From Synechococcus sp. (GTDB lineage: Bacteria; Cyanobacteriota; Cyanobacteriia; PCC-6307; Cyanobiaceae): DNA of 64,000 bases. The DNA lies in assembly GCA_047284725.1 (NCBI GenBank), contig JBJBEO010000001.1, positions 608,001 to 672,000 of the forward strand, in the 5' to 3' direction. Positions within the stretch are counted from its first letter, which is position 1; the number at the start of each line of letters is the position of its first letter. Positions 21,125-32,133 of the stretch are shown here, in pieces. A program made the position numbers and the translations under genes. Below the pieces are notes generated by a model, which was given only the letters and a program-made list of their open reading frames with translations, searched no databases and was not told the origin of the DNA.

Positions 21125-22312
21125 TCAGTCAAGATTGCTGATCCGATTGGTTAATGATCTGAGCTCTTCTTCGGTGGTGCTGATGTGCGTGCAGGCTCGC
21201 AGGCACTTGGGGGAAGCGAGGTCACGGATCCACAGGTTTTGCTCACCCAGTTGCTTTACTACGGCGGCCGGTGCGATTGGCTTCAGTGCTGGATGTAGTT
21301 GGAAGCTCACAAGACCGGCTGGGGGAGGTCCCTTCAGCAGGGGATTGACTCCAGGCAGCTCGGCAAGCTGATGCCAGAGCTTGTCGCTGAGGTCCTGAAT
21401 CGTTGCCAGGCGTTCGTCAGTGCTGCCCTCCTGTTCAAGCAGCTCCAGGGAGGTGCGAAGCCCAGCCAGCAGGGGGACACAACTGGTGGCCACCTCGAAA
21501 CGGCGGCTGTCGTGGTGGAAAGGATCGGGGTCGCCGAAGACGGCCCGGCTTTCGTCCTGCAGGCTGCGCCAGCCGATCAGGGTGGGGTTGGCTTCATTCA
21601 GCACCCGCTCAGACAGGGCCACACCCCCAAGTCCTTCCGGGCCGCAGCACCATTTGTGTCCGGTGAAGGCATAGATATCGGACGCAGCAGCAGCCTCGGC
21701 CACGGGGATCTGGCTCATGCTTTGCGCCGCATCCACCAGCAGATAGGGGTGGTTGGGATGATCTCTGAGTTGATCGGCAACGTCCGCAATCGGCATCAGC
21801 TGTCCTGTATTCCAGAGCAGGTGGGACAGCACCACGACCCGGGTGTTGGGGTGCAGATTCGCCTCGATGGCGGCAAGCACGGCTGCATCATTGCCGCTCT
21901 GCTGCTCGCGGCCGCCGAGAACCTGCTGAACAGGCAGGGTGTCGATGTCGAGATGCTGGCGACGGGCCAGTTCATGGCAGGCGGCCACCACGCCGGGATG
22001 CTCGCAGTCGCCAATCAACAGACGATCGCCCTGGTTGAGGGGCAGGCCCCACAGCGGCAACACGCAGCCACTGGTGACGTTTTCGCTGAGGGCCAGGCGA
22101 TGGGGGGCAACACCGCACAACCCTGCCAGCTGTGCTCTGGTGCTGTTCACTTCCCGGCTGATGTAGGGCCAGACGTCGGCGGTGAAGGGTCCCAGCTCCT
22201 GGATGCGATGCCAGCTGCTGGTGATGGCCTCAAGCGAAGGCGCCGGCAGTGGACCCTGCCCCCCATAGTTGAAGTAAGTCTTGTTCTGAAGGGCAGGGCA
22301 GAGAGACCTCAA
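21125..22312 (-). CDS. class V aminotransferase (cysteine desulfurase/lyase-like)
   Basis: YFNYGGQGP, SHLLWNTG, VDAAQS and TGHKWCCGPEG (PLP Lys); the ORF is open to 22408 but the conserved core begins near the TTG at 22312. Confidence 0.85.
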   Translation of the reverse strand: MRSLCPALQNKTYFNYGGQGPLPAPSLEAITSSWHRIQELGPFTADVWPYISREVNSTRAQLAGLCGVAPHRLALSENVTSGCVLPLWGLPLNQGDRLLIGDCEHPGVVAACHELARRQHLDIDTLPVQQVLGGREQQSGNDAAVLAAIEANLHPNTRVVVLSHLLWNTGQLMPIADVADQLRDHPNHPYLLVDAAQSMSQIPVAEAAAASDIYAFTGHKWCCGPEGLGGVALSERVLNEANPTLIGWRSLQDESRAVFGDPDPFHHDSRRFEVATSCVPLLAGLRTSLELLEQEGSTDERLATIQDLSDKLWHQLAELPGVNPLLKGPPPAGLVSFQLHPALKPIAPAAVVKQLGEQNLWIRDLASPKCLRACTHISTTEEELRSLTNRISNLD

Positions 22313-22901
22313 GTGGCCTGCGCTGTTGTTGGTCGAGGCGTTCCTTGCGCCGTCCAGATTTGCCATGTCCATGCCATGTCCATGCACCATCAGTCTTGCT
22401 GACGCCAAGCTGCTGTGTCATCCGCTGTGCATCCCATCGTTGCTTTGGCGGCGTGGAAGCACAGAGTGGATTGGGCCTCAATCAGACAAGGTGAGAGTTG
22501 CCTTGGTAAGGATCATACTGATCGGGCAATCGCGATGGCTCTTAGTCAGCTGACTTGATCTTTGAGTGTGCTGATCATGTGTGTAAGTCTGTCATTGTTT
22601 CTGTATACAGCAGTGCGACCTTTTCAAAGGAATGAGGGATCTTCTTCGAGGTCAAGCCAGGTGCGAGACAATTTGAGCACCAATTTATGTGGTTTTCGCG
22701 TTAAGACTCTGTGAGCGTTTTGGTGATGCGTCAGTTTCGCCAATAAGCGTAATTGCTGGCAATCTTTCCTCAATTTGTGCTTTCTAATTGGCGTCTCTTC
22801 GGATGAGTTAATCGCGTCCTCTTGCGTCTGCTTAGAAAATAAGCAATCTATCTAAGGCGTTTGGTGGGCTGCTTAAGGACAAGTTTTTGATTGTGCCAGG
22901 G

Positions 22902-24035
22902 TTAAGCAAGTTGAGCTGCATAATTTTGGATATCACTTCCTTCGAAGGCTATGAAATTTGAGTTTGTAGTGTCTAGTAGGGAGTCATTGACATCCCAGCC
23001 TAAGTCGTCAAGAACTCCTAATGTAACCATGCTTAAAGATTGAGTTTCGGCATTGTAGATATCTAAATAACCAATATGCAAATCATTGTGGAGGGGATTG
23101 TATTTGCCGTTGATGATTTCATCGCTCTCCCAATGGGCTCCTGCAGTTCCTGAGCCGCCTCCGTTTTCAAGGACTGGGTTGGTAATAACGTCTTCTCGAG
23201 TTGCAAACTCTGATTCAACCCATTCTTCAAAGATTGTATTAGCCTTGCTTCCGTTAAAATAAAATCTATCGTCGTTGTTTTTATCGATACTCTCGTCCCA
23301 ATTGTCGTCGCCTGGAAAGCCCAGTGAGTGAATAAGTTCGTGAGCAAGGAGGTGGGTAAATGATTTGTATTGATTGCTAATCATGGCGTCTGTGTAGCGA
23401 GGGTTCAGGATGATTGTTCCCTCATCGGCAAGACCGTTTGTATTATTATCACTACTTGGGTAAGAGCCTCCCAGTGTTCCACCGCCTAGCCATTTCTCGA
23501 AGCCAAGATCCAGCTTGAATGTTTCAATCTCTGCAGCGGGGCCAGGAAACTCATCAAACCAACTGCTGACAAAGTCCAATGCATTGTAGATTGATTCATA
23601 ATATGGATTATAATTAAAGTTACTTATTAATGTAACATCAAATTGGAGTTGACTTGTTCCGTAGCGAATGAGTTCATGACTTTCTTGATCTGTTGTGCCG
23701 AAATATGCTTCATAAGGATTTAGGGGATCTTCGTTCCCTCCACCGTTAGGCCCTTTGTCCTTCGGTTTATTTCCTCCTCTTGCTTTGTCGATACCGAAAT
23801 CAACAAAGTCCTGCCTGTCAACATCAATTGTTTCAGCTTCCTGTTGCTTAAGTTCGGCGGCAAAACTTTTTAGAGGAAGATCTAGATCACCATTAATATC
23901 AGGATCAAAATCGGCTTGGCTGCTTTCTTGCGTATGTTCCAAGTCGAATAATGAGCCAGTAATATATTTGCTACGATAATTAAGATTTTCGATGGAAAAA
24001 TTAGTTAACTTGTCAAGAATCGTTAAATTTTTCAT
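22902..24035 (-). CDS. leishmanolysin (peptidase M8)-like zinc metalloprotease
   Basis: HELIHSLGF zinc motif, ENGGGSGTAGAHWE (third His) and LSMVTLGVLDDLGW; AT-rich gene. Confidence 0.78.
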   Translation of the reverse strand: MKNLTILDKLTNFSIENLNYRSKYITGSLFDLEHTQESSQADFDPDINGDLDLPLKSFAAELKQQEAETIDVDRQDFVDFGIDKARGGNKPKDKGPNGGGNEDPLNPYEAYFGTTDQESHELIRYGTSQLQFDVTLISNFNYNPYYESIYNALDFVSSWFDEFPGPAAEIETFKLDLGFEKWLGGGTLGGSYPSSDNNTNGLADEGTIILNPRYTDAMISNQYKSFTHLLAHELIHSLGFPGDDNWDESIDKNNDDRFYFNGSKANTIFEEWVESEFATREDVITNPVLENGGGSGTAGAHWESDEIINGKYNPLHNDLHIGYLDIYNAETQSLSMVTLGVLDDLGWDVNDSLLDTTNSNFIAFEGSDIQNYAAQLA

Positions 24036-24084
24036 GCGAATTCTATGGATTCAACTGATTTAATTTTATCCGAGCATGTTGGAT

Positions 24085-24117
24085 TTTTCCTGAAAATTCC
24101 CTTAGATTTTTCTGAGG
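24085..24117 (-). promoter_or_regulatory. putative response-regulator box (3 direct repeats, 11-bp period) upstream of the M8 protease
   Basis: Minus strand CTCAG-aaaaat-CTAAG-ggaatt-TTCAG-gaaaa. Confidence 0.45.
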
Positions 24118-24887
24118 TGCTTGTCGATCGCGTATTGATTGGCGGCGTTATTGGCTAGGTGAAAAATGTGAATTTGTCGAGGTTTTTGATTTTGTATATT
24201 ATCAATGGTTTAGAGTCTGATTCCTTTCCTTTCCGTTTTTGGGCTCGATTCTCTTGAGATCTTTAGGTCTGTTTCGTGGTCAGCTTGTGATGGTTTCTCT
24301 CTGGTCTTCGTTCATTTCATAAGGCTAACGCTTGTCGTTGATTGATGATTTCGCGATGGTATTGCACCTTCTTGAGTCTCGCCCCTGCATCGCCCGCTGT
24401 CGTCTTGGCGGGTTGGTGTTGACGGGCCTGTTGGCAATGGCTTTTCAATCGAACCCTAAAAGCTCAATGCATTCTGAGTTTGTTCTTGCTTGTCTGTTGG
24501 TGGTGCAGGGTCCTCTTGGTCAAGGCGGAACAACGGTCTCGTTGAAGTATGGCCGATGCAGGCAGCATTAGTGGATAACTTTTGCTGTCATGCTGTAGTT
24601 CTGCAGCTTTACGCATGTACGCATCTTGTTCACCGTGCATTTGTTGCATGGTGTTTGTGTCGGAGGTTGTGACTCCAGAAAGATCGATTCATGTGGTGTA
24701 TGGCGCTAAATACTTCTAAGAATGGGCTTCACTGGAGGGAGTGCAAGTCCTTGCCCTGTGAGGGTATCCGGCTGAAAAGTGTAGTGGCTGCTGGTGTTTC
24801 TGGACGCTTCACCCTTCAACCGGTAGCCCATCGAAAGCCTGCCCGGAACGTCATCGCTAGCGTCCCAAAATAAGTCGCTGATCATCG

Positions 24888-25634
24888 ATGACGGCAGTGG
24901 ATTGGCTTTGGATCCTTCACCCCTTTCTGGCGGTGGTGCTGATCTATCCCCTGATCGGCATGGTGATGCGGCTTGGTTTGCAAACCCGGGCTCGCCGCCA
25001 GAAGACCAATCTCAAACTTCCACCCAGCCTTGGGCGAAGCCATACCGATCTCGGCCGGTGGCTCGCTGCTGGGGTGGTGGGACTCGTGTTGATCGCTCTG
25101 ACGGTGGTGATTGCCACCAAGGTGCCACTGGCTGACTTCTCTGGGGGCGCCCCTCGGGCGCTTCAGCTGCTGCTCGTGCTGATTGGAACCGTGATCAGTT
25201 TGGTGGCGTTGTGGCGCAGTCAGTCCCCAGGGTTGCGGTTGGCGTTTGCCCTAATCACCTGGGCGGGGATTCTTGGCCTTGGTGCCCAGCCGGAGGTGTG
25301 GCGCCTCTCGGACAATCCGCTCACCGCCGCCTTCTGGCAGTCCCATTACTGGGCGGGTGTTGGGGTGACAGGTCTGATGTTGTTTTCTCTGGGGGCCCGG
25401 CCTGAGATCGTGCGTGATCTGCGCCTGCGTCGGTTGCACATTACGGCCAGCGTGCTAGCCGCCGTGCTGTTTGTGGTTCAGGGCCTTACTGGCACCCGTG
25501 ATCTGCTTGAGATTCCGCTCACCTGGCAGAAACCGGCGGTGTATGCCTGCGATTTCGACAGCCGGACCTGCCCTTCCCCCGTTGCAGAGATCATTTCCCC
25601 TACGCCATCGGGGACCGGTTCATCGGCCCCGTGA
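24888..25634 (+). CDS. DUF4079-like membrane protein
   Basis: Multi-TM protein; WILHP, HTDLGRW, WQSHYW, RRLH and GTRDLLEIPL resemble cyanobacterial DUF4079 proteins. Confidence 0.65.
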   Translation: MTAVDWLWILHPFLAVVLIYPLIGMVMRLGLQTRARRQKTNLKLPPSLGRSHTDLGRWLAAGVVGLVLIALTVVIATKVPLADFSGGAPRALQLLLVLIGTVISLVALWRSQSPGLRLAFALITWAGILGLGAQPEVWRLSDNPLTAAFWQSHYWAGVGVTGLMLFSLGARPEIVRDLRLRRLHITASVLAAVLFVVQGLTGTRDLLEIPLTWQKPAVYACDFDSRTCPSPVAEIISPTPSGTGSSAP

Positions 25635-25764
25635 GGTCGATGTGAAAGCTCACACTCCTCTGGCGCCTCCTCCGAGGCCTCGAACGCAGAGGTGACGAGA
25701 AGGGCGGAGAAACGCCCTATACCCACCCGACTGCGCCAACAGAATCGCTGCCGTTGGTGTGGCG

Positions 25765-26010
25765 TCAGAGCACTTGCACCACTTCGCTCACTTCAGGGAT
25801 GGCTTCCCGCATCTTGCGCTCAATCCCCATCTTCAGGGTCATGGTGCTGCTGGGGCAGCTGCCGCAGGCGCCCTGCAGCCGCACTTTCACTACGGGGCCA
25901 TCGATTTCCACCACTTCCACGTTGCCGCCGTCAGCCATCAGGAAGGGGCGCAGTTCATCGAGCACCTTCTCCACGTTCTCACTGGTGAGGGGCAGGGTTT
26001 CGGTACTCAT
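25765..26010 (-). CDS. NifU/NfuA-type Fe-S scaffold
   Basis: [13 protein letters not shown]...[20 protein letters not shown]. Confidence 0.93.
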   Translation of the reverse strand: MSTETLPLTSENVEKVLDELRPFLMADGGNVEVVEIDGPVVKVRLQGACGSCPSSTMTLKMGIERKMREAIPEVSEVVQVL

Positions 26011-26099
26011 GGGCAGGATGCAAGCGTCGTCTTGACGTCGAGCCTAGGCAGCCGTGGAGACCGTCGCCCCCATAGCCTGAGGGAAGCCAAACCGCCGCC

Positions 26100-27584
26100 T
26101 TGAACAGCTACGACGTTGTGCTGGTGGGTGCAGGGATCATGAGCGCCACCCTGGCCACTCTGTTGCACGAGCTCGATCCCGATCTGAGGATGTTGCTGGT
26201 GGAGCGGCTTGAGGGACCTGCGCAGGAAAGCAGCGCGGCCGTGAACAACGCTGGTACGGGCCATGCGGCCAATTGCGAGCTCAATTACACCCCACTTCAG
26301 GCCGATGGCACCGTGGCCACCACGAAGGCCCTGGCCATCAATGCCGCGTTTGAAACCAGCCTGCAGTTCTGGGCGTCCTTAGCGGAGCAGGGCCAGCTCA
26401 ATCCGGGCAGTTTTCTGCATCAGGTGCCCCATCTCAGTGCTGTATGGGGGGGCGGTGATGTTGCTTTTCTGCGCCAGCGTTATCAGCAGCTGCGCCAGCT
26501 GCCTGCCTTTGCTTCTATGGAGTGGACAGAGGATGCCGGCGAACTGTCGGCGTGGATGCCCCTGGTGATGGCGGGCCGGAAGGGCCACGAACCCGTTGCT
26601 GCCACCCGCATCAACCGCGGCACCGATGTCGATTTCGGCAGCCTGACGCGGGCCTACCTGGCGCCGTTGCAGGCCAGTGGTGCCCTCGAGGTGCTGCATG
26701 GCACGACCGTGGTGAATCTGCGCCGGCGACGGGATGCGGCCATGAACGAGGCCGACTGGCAGCTGGAGCTGCGCGGGCCGTCGGGGAGGCGTCAGGTTGA
26801 TGCAGGGTTTGTGTTTCTGGGTGCCGGGGGCGGCGCATTGCCGTTGTTGCAGCGTTCCGGTATCCCCGAGGCGGCTGATTACGCCGGTTTTCCGGTGAGT
26901 GGTCAATGGCTGGTGTGCAATGACCCGGAGCTGGCGGAGCATCATCACGCCAAGGTGTATGGCAAGGCCAAGGTGGGAGCGCCGCCGATGTCGGTGCCAC
27001 ACCTCGACACCCGCTGGATTGATGGCAAGCGGTCGTTGCTGTTTGGCCCCTATGCCGGGTTCAGCAGCAAGTTCCTCAAGCAGGGTTCTTTGCTGGATCT
27101 GCCAGCGTCGGTGCGGGCGGGCAACCTGCTGCCGATGCTGCAGGTGGGGCTCAGCAACTTTGATCTGGTTACCTATCTGGTGAATCAGCTGCGCCAGAGC
27201 TCCACCGATCGCCTCGAGGCCCTCAAGGTGTTTCTGCCCACGGCCCGCGAGGAGGATTGGAGCCTGTCGGTGGCTGGCCAACGGGTGCAGATCATCAAAC
27301 GCACCAAGGACGGCGGCAGGTTGCAGATGGGAACTGAAGTGGTGGCGTCAGCCGATGGTTCCCTGGCGGCGTTGCTGGGGGCCTCTCCCGGTGCCAGCAC
27401 AGCGGTGACGATCATGTTGGAGGTGCTGCAGCGCTGTTTCCCGCAACGGCTGGCCAGCGACGCCTGGCAACGGCGCCTGCGTGTGCTGATTCCCAGTTAC
27501 GGTCAGGATCTGAACGCCGATGCCGAGCTTCTGGGGCGGATGCGTGACCGCAGTGATGGCGCACTGGGGCTACACGCCGCGTAG
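26100..27584 (+). CDS. mqo: malate:quinone oxidoreductase
   Basis: [43 protein letters not shown] and [10 protein letters not shown]. Confidence 0.95.
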   Translation: MNSYDVVLVGAGIMSATLATLLHELDPDLRMLLVERLEGPAQESSAAVNNAGTGHAANCELNYTPLQADGTVATTKALAINAAFETSLQFWASLAEQGQLNPGSFLHQVPHLSAVWGGGDVAFLRQRYQQLRQLPAFASMEWTEDAGELSAWMPLVMAGRKGHEPVAATRINRGTDVDFGSLTRAYLAPLQASGALEVLHGTTVVNLRRRRDAAMNEADWQLELRGPSGRRQVDAGFVFLGAGGGALPLLQRSGIPEAADYAGFPVSGQWLVCNDPELAEHHHAKVYGKAKVGAPPMSVPHLDTRWIDGKRSLLFGPYAGFSSKFLKQGSLLDLPASVRAGNLLPMLQVGLSNFDLVTYLVNQLRQSSTDRLEALKVFLPTAREEDWSLSVAGQRVQIIKRTKDGGRLQMGTEVVASADGSLAALLGASPGASTAVTIMLEVLQRCFPQRLASDAWQRRLRVLIPSYGQDLNADAELLGRMRDRSDGALGLHAA

Positions 27585-27722
27585 CCGTCTGATCCTGATT
27601 CGCCTCGATCGCCTAACCCTCGGATCAGAGGCGAGCTCTGGGGTTGGGCCTGGCGGACCGGGGCCGCTGCCTAGGATCGGTCGACTCAGTTGAATCACCC
27701 GAGCCGGGCTTCCCCCAATCGC

Positions 27723-29537
27723 ATGACCGACGCCCCCGTCTCCCGGATCCGCAACTTTTGCATCATTGCCCACATCGACCACGGCAAGTCGACCCTGGCC
27801 GATCGGTTGCTGCAGGACACCGGCACGGTTGCCAACCGCGACATGCAGGACCAGTTCCTCGACAACATGGATCTGGAGAGAGAGCGGGGGATCACGATCA
27901 AGCTCCAGGCCGCCCGCATGACCTACACCGCAGCGGACGGTCAGCAGTACGTCCTCAATCTGATCGACACCCCTGGTCACGTTGACTTCTCCTATGAGGT
28001 GAGCCGCAGCCTGCAGGCCTGCGAAGGGGCACTGCTGGTGGTGGATGCCAGCCAGGGGGTGGAAGCTCAGACCCTTGCCAACGTGTATCTGGCCCTGGAG
28101 AACGATCTCGAGATCATTCCGGTGCTCAACAAGATCGATCTGCCCGGTGCGGAGCCTGAGCGCATCAAGGAAGAGGTGGAAGCGATCATCGGCCTGGATT
28201 GCAGCAACGCCATCCCCTGCTCGGCCAAAACGGGTCTGGGGGTGCCTGAAATCCTGCAGGCGGTGGTGGATCGGGTGCCGCCTCCGGAAGACACGGTGCA
28301 GGACCTCACCAAGGCCTTGATTTTCGATTCCTATTACGACCCTTATCGGGGCGTGATCGTGTATTTCCGGGTAATGAGCGGCCGCATCAGCTGCAAAGAC
28401 AAAGTGTTGCTGATGGCCAGCCAGAAAACCTATGAGCTTGATGAGATCGGGATCATGGCCCCTGATCAGAAAAAGGTGGATGAGCTCCACGCCGGTGAAG
28501 TGGGCTACCTGGCGGCCTCGATCAAGGCGGTGGCTGATGCACGCGTGGGCGACACGATCACGTTGTTCAATGCACCTGCAGATGAACCATTGCCTGGCTA
28601 CACCGAAGCCAAGCCGATGGTGTTCTGTGGATTGTTCCCCACCGAGGCGGATCAATACCCCGATCTCCGTGAAGCTCTCGACAAGCTGCAGCTCTCCGAT
28701 GCAGCGCTGAAGTTTGAGCCGGAAACCAGCAGCGCCATGGGCTTCGGGTTCCGGTGTGGCTTCCTGGGGCTGCTGCACATGGAGATCGTGCAGGAGCGAT
28801 TGGAGCGGGAGTACGACCTGGATCTGATCGTCACTGCGCCGTCGGTGATCTACAAGGTGAACATGATCGACGGCAGCGAGATCATGGTTGATAACCCCGC
28901 CACCCTGCCTGATCCGCAGAAGCGTGAGTCGATCGAAGAGCCCTATGTTCGTATGGAGATATACACGCCTAACGATTACAACGGGGCGCTGATGGGCCTG
29001 TGCCAGGAACGGCGTGGGGAGTACATCGACATGAAATACATCACCACCGATCGGGTGACGTTGATCTATGAGCTGCCGTTGGCCGAGGTGGTGACGGATT
29101 TCTTTGATCAGATGAAGACGCGCACGCAGGGCTATGCCTCGATGGAATACCACCTGATTGGCTATCGCAAGAATCAGTTGGTGCGCCTCGATGTGCTGAT
29201 CAATGGTGAACGAGCCGATGCGCTCACCACGATCGTTCATCAAGACAAGGCCTACAACGTGGGGAAAGCTTTGGTGGAGAAATTGAAAGAGCTGATCCCA
29301 CGCCAGCAATTCAAGATTCCGATTCAGGCGTCTATCGGTAGTCGCATTATTGCCTCAACCAGCATCAGTGCGATGCGGAAGGATGTGCTGGCAAAGTGCT
29401 ATGGAGGTGATATCTCGCGGAAGAAAAAGTTATTGAAGAAGCAGGCGAAAGGGAAGAAGAGGATGAAAGCAATGGGGAAGGTGGATGTGCCTCAGGAGGC
29501 ATTTATGGCGGTGCTTAAGTTAAATCAATCAACTTAG
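27723..29537 (+). CDS. lepA: translation elongation factor 4
   Basis: [30 protein letters not shown] and [14 protein letters not shown]. Confidence 0.98.
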   Translation: MTDAPVSRIRNFCIIAHIDHGKSTLADRLLQDTGTVANRDMQDQFLDNMDLERERGITIKLQAARMTYTAADGQQYVLNLIDTPGHVDFSYEVSRSLQACEGALLVVDASQGVEAQTLANVYLALENDLEIIPVLNKIDLPGAEPERIKEEVEAIIGLDCSNAIPCSAKTGLGVPEILQAVVDRVPPPEDTVQDLTKALIFDSYYDPYRGVIVYFRVMSGRISCKDKVLLMASQKTYELDEIGIMAPDQKKVDELHAGEVGYLAASIKAVADARVGDTITLFNAPADEPLPGYTEAKPMVFCGLFPTEADQYPDLREALDKLQLSDAALKFEPETSSAMGFGFRCGFLGLLHMEIVQERLEREYDLDLIVTAPSVIYKVNMIDGSEIMVDNPATLPDPQKRESIEEPYVRMEIYTPNDYNGALMGLCQERRGEYIDMKYITTDRVTLIYELPLAEVVTDFFDQMKTRTQGYASMEYHLIGYRKNQLVRLDVLINGERADALTTIVHQDKAYNVGKALVEKLKELIPRQQFKIPIQASIGSRIIASTSISAMRKDVLAKCYGGDISRKKKLLKKQAKGKKRMKAMGKVDVPQEAFMAVLKLNQST

Positions 29538-29571
29538 CAGCTATGTGTGGTGCTGTTTTTGTCGTGGGAAC

Positions 29572-30132
29572 TTAGGGGCACCAGGATTGAGCTGGCATTA
29601 CGAGATAGGCACTCTGGTTACTTCCGGTTAGAGACGAAGAACCGGCCGAATATTCTACTTTCAAGAGATTATTGTTTGTTGCTTCGGTGATAAGAGTCCG
29701 ACTAAGTGTGACATTTGGATCAGTAATCGTGGGATCGTTGGCCAAGATATCGTCATTGATTCGCCGTGAGTCATTTGTGGTAGTAGTCAGAGCTCCATAC
29801 TGGGCCTGAGGAAATTGTTCATTGTCCTGCAGAAGAGAAAGTGCGATAGAGCTATCCGAACACATAGTGTCCGAAGGCTCGTAATTAAGTTCACCAGCGA
29901 TAGTAATGTCATCATCATTAATTGTGGTTTCGTCAATTTGCCATAAGTGCGTGATTCTTCTGATTTCCGCAAGGTCTGAAGAAATAGCTCCTGATATCTG
30001 ATCGCGCAGTTTCGAACTATTTACCACATTCATGGAGGATGTGAACGATTGGAGAGAGACCGTGGTAAAAATCGTCAGCGACAAGATGGCGACAGCAGCT
30101 TCAGTAAGATTCATGGCAATCGAACTCTCCAC
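29572..30132 (-). CDS. type IV minor pilin-like protein (PilV-like)
   Basis: Short leader, then A|MNLTEAAVAILSL (class III signal-like with E+5) and a C-terminal Cys; AT-rich. Confidence 0.65.
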   Translation of the reverse strand: MESSIAMNLTEAAVAILSLTIFTTVSLQSFTSSMNVVNSSKLRDQISGAISSDLAEIRRITHLWQIDETTINDDDITIAGELNYEPSDTMCSDSSIALSLLQDNEQFPQAQYGALTTTTNDSRRINDDILANDPTITDPNVTLSRTLITEATNNNLLKVEYSAGSSSLTGSNQSAYLVMPAQSWCP

Positions 30133-30275
30133 ATGTCTTCATGGTATCACCTATACGGGTTTTGGCACGTACACGATGATTGATCAATTGTTTTGCTAGA
30201 AGTGTGTATGCCAAATCTATCAACATGGAATAAAATCGCTGATCTATGAGCTTATTGTGGCCTGCAAAGATTCGT

Positions 30276-31589
30276 TCACTGAGAAGAAACCGGAATGTCT
30301 TTGCGCTGATCCCTGAAAATTAATATTTCTACGCCGGTAAGAGATAACGTTTTAGGGCTTGCAGGTACGGTGTTATCAGTGACAGTGCAGGAAGTGCGAT
30401 CACATGATTGACTTAACACATAATTGGCTGTACCTCCATTTGCAAAATTCTCAGTAAAATAAACAACATCAAGGTTATCCCCGCCGTCGATTTGAAAATT
30501 TCCACGCCCTGGAACGTACTGATTGTATCCATTGCCGCCATCAAGTATTTCGATTTCAGTTGTTGATTGGCTATTGTTCCCGTTGCCAATGAGAATATCA
30601 TTGCCATCTACTATTGCGTCATTTGTTGGGCAGTCATCAGAGAATTGATCTCCATAAATAGTATCGATGGTTTCGGTTCCTTCAATAACATCACTCCCAT
30701 TGCAACCAATTAAAGATGTTGATGATGTTCCACCCGCTTCAATTAAATCGTCGAAACTACTTCCAGTAATGCTAGTGACTTTCCCAACACCACAGATCAA
30801 GATATCTCTCCCATCTGTCACACTGGTTATTCCTCTATCTTCTGCATTGAATGTGGTGTCGCCTTCGTTTGGGGTAAATTTTGGCAAACTACCGCCAGCA
30901 AAATCGCAAAGACCAAGTGCGTTTGGCTCAGTGTAGAGCGGATTATTGCGTGTGTTAGCTGAAAAGGTGTCGGAATAACGAAGAGGAACTTTGTTCTCGC
31001 CTCGATCTTGCTCCATGGAGAGAGTGAACGTTATCAGTCGACCTGTTGTTTCGGTGGGATCGGTGGATACTGAAAATCCATCGCTGCTTAATCCATCGAT
31101 TAAACGTTGCGGCAATGGTGCTGTAGCAGTTTCATCAATCACCGATAAGTATTGGCCGCGTTCATCAAAGCTCGGTCCACATCTCCATAATGATTTTTCA
31201 CCGAACCATCCCGAAACAGAACTCCCTTGACTATCTAATGATGAACTTGCTAAGGCATAGATTGAAGGATAAAAGTCAGCTCGAATGTCTAGCGCAAAGA
31301 GGAAGGAAACACCAGCTGTGTTGAAAAGTGCTGTGCAAGTGGATGGTATATCGATCTTAGACGGATCAGTGATGATCGCTTCAGACAAGCTGACTTCAGA
31401 TTCAATAAACTTCGTGGTTCGATCCCAATTTTTTCGCTGACGCTGATAAGCTTCGCTCCGTTCATTGACTCCAAGCTGGCTGACAAAAAAGTTAAAAGCT
31501 ACAATCGTAATAAATGATGTGATGAACAGAGTTACAAGTAACTCAACAAGAGTAAAACCTTGCTTTAAAAAGCGTTTGTGTAGTTGCAT
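30276..31589 (-). CDS. large type IV minor pilin (PilW-like) with C-terminal RTX-like Gly/Asp repeats
   Basis: KQG|FTLVELLVTLF prepilin site; later GSSFDDLIEAGG, GCNGSDVIEG, GNDILIGNG, DGGNGYN and GGDNLD. Confidence 0.8.
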   Translation of the reverse strand: MQLHKRFLKQGFTLVELLVTLFITSFITIVAFNFFVSQLGVNERSEAYQRQRKNWDRTTKFIESEVSLSEAIITDPSKIDIPSTCTALFNTAGVSFLFALDIRADFYPSIYALASSSLDSQGSSVSGWFGEKSLWRCGPSFDERGQYLSVIDETATAPLPQRLIDGLSSDGFSVSTDPTETTGRLITFTLSMEQDRGENKVPLRYSDTFSANTRNNPLYTEPNALGLCDFAGGSLPKFTPNEGDTTFNAEDRGITSVTDGRDILICGVGKVTSITGSSFDDLIEAGGTSSTSLIGCNGSDVIEGTETIDTIYGDQFSDDCPTNDAIVDGNDILIGNGNNSQSTTEIEILDGGNGYNQYVPGRGNFQIDGGDNLDVVYFTENFANGGTANYVLSQSCDRTSCTVTDNTVPASPKTLSLTGVEILIFRDQRKDIPVSSQ

Positions 31590-32133
31590 GATCCTCCAAT
31601 GTAAAGTCCTTCTCGAAATAAACCGAGGGGAGCTAAAATGTTGATACAACGTGTTTGAGTGTTGCCGTTTCTAAGAGGCTCACTTTCGAATAAAATCTCA
31701 CCTCCGCAAGGAACTGAACCAGTCGGCGGGAAAATAAGATACAAGTTATCATTATCGCTTAGGCAAACCGGATTTAAGCCTGCTGGATATTCAAAGCGTT
31801 CAATGCTGGCATTAAATCGATGAGGTGCGATCCCACTGCAGTATTCGTTGGATGTAATGTAGGTGAATCCTGTGTAAGATTTAGCAATATCGTTGTCACC
31901 AGCACTAGCCGCTTTTTCTATTTTAATCGCACAGATTTTATTTTGCTCGAGAGCTTTTGTTTGAATGGATTGAAGCCAGCTTGCATCTTCATTCACATCT
32001 TTTTGTGTTGAGCTTTAATAACTTGATCCCTAAACACCACAAGCGAGAGACCTAACATTGCGCCGACAAGTGCCAGAACAATAATTAGTTCTGTCAAAGA
32101 GAAACCGCTATCTCTTTGTCTAAGAATCATCAT
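31565..32133 (-). pseudogene. FimT/GspH-like minor pilin split by a 1-nt frameshift
   Basis: ATG at 32133 gives MMILRQRDSG|FSLTELIIVLALVG...KAQHKKM* (stop 31995-31993). The rest continues in another frame (DVNEDASWLQ... to 31565). The shift falls at a 5-A run (T5 at 32000-32004 on +). Confidence 0.75.

Noticed and set aside
24332..24873. Several 60-79 aa ORFs in the spacer after the protease
   Set aside because: No motifs, mutually overlapping and no coding-like bias; a decayed gene is possible but unsupported.
25635..25764. Spacer containing CTCACACTCCTC, reminiscent of the cyanobacterial Yfr1 sRNA motif, plus an 82-aa minus-strand ORF
   Set aside because: The Yfr1 motif ACTCCTCACAC is not present in the right order, I see no clear flanking terminator, and the ORF largely overlaps the DUF4079-like gene.
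27570..29309. 579-aa antisense ORF over lepA, and similar long antisense ORFs over the MFS gene, cysK, murE, mqo, glyQ and ilvC
   Set aside because: These are shadow frames expected from GC-rich codon bias. They show no recognisable motifs and fully overlap well-supported genes.
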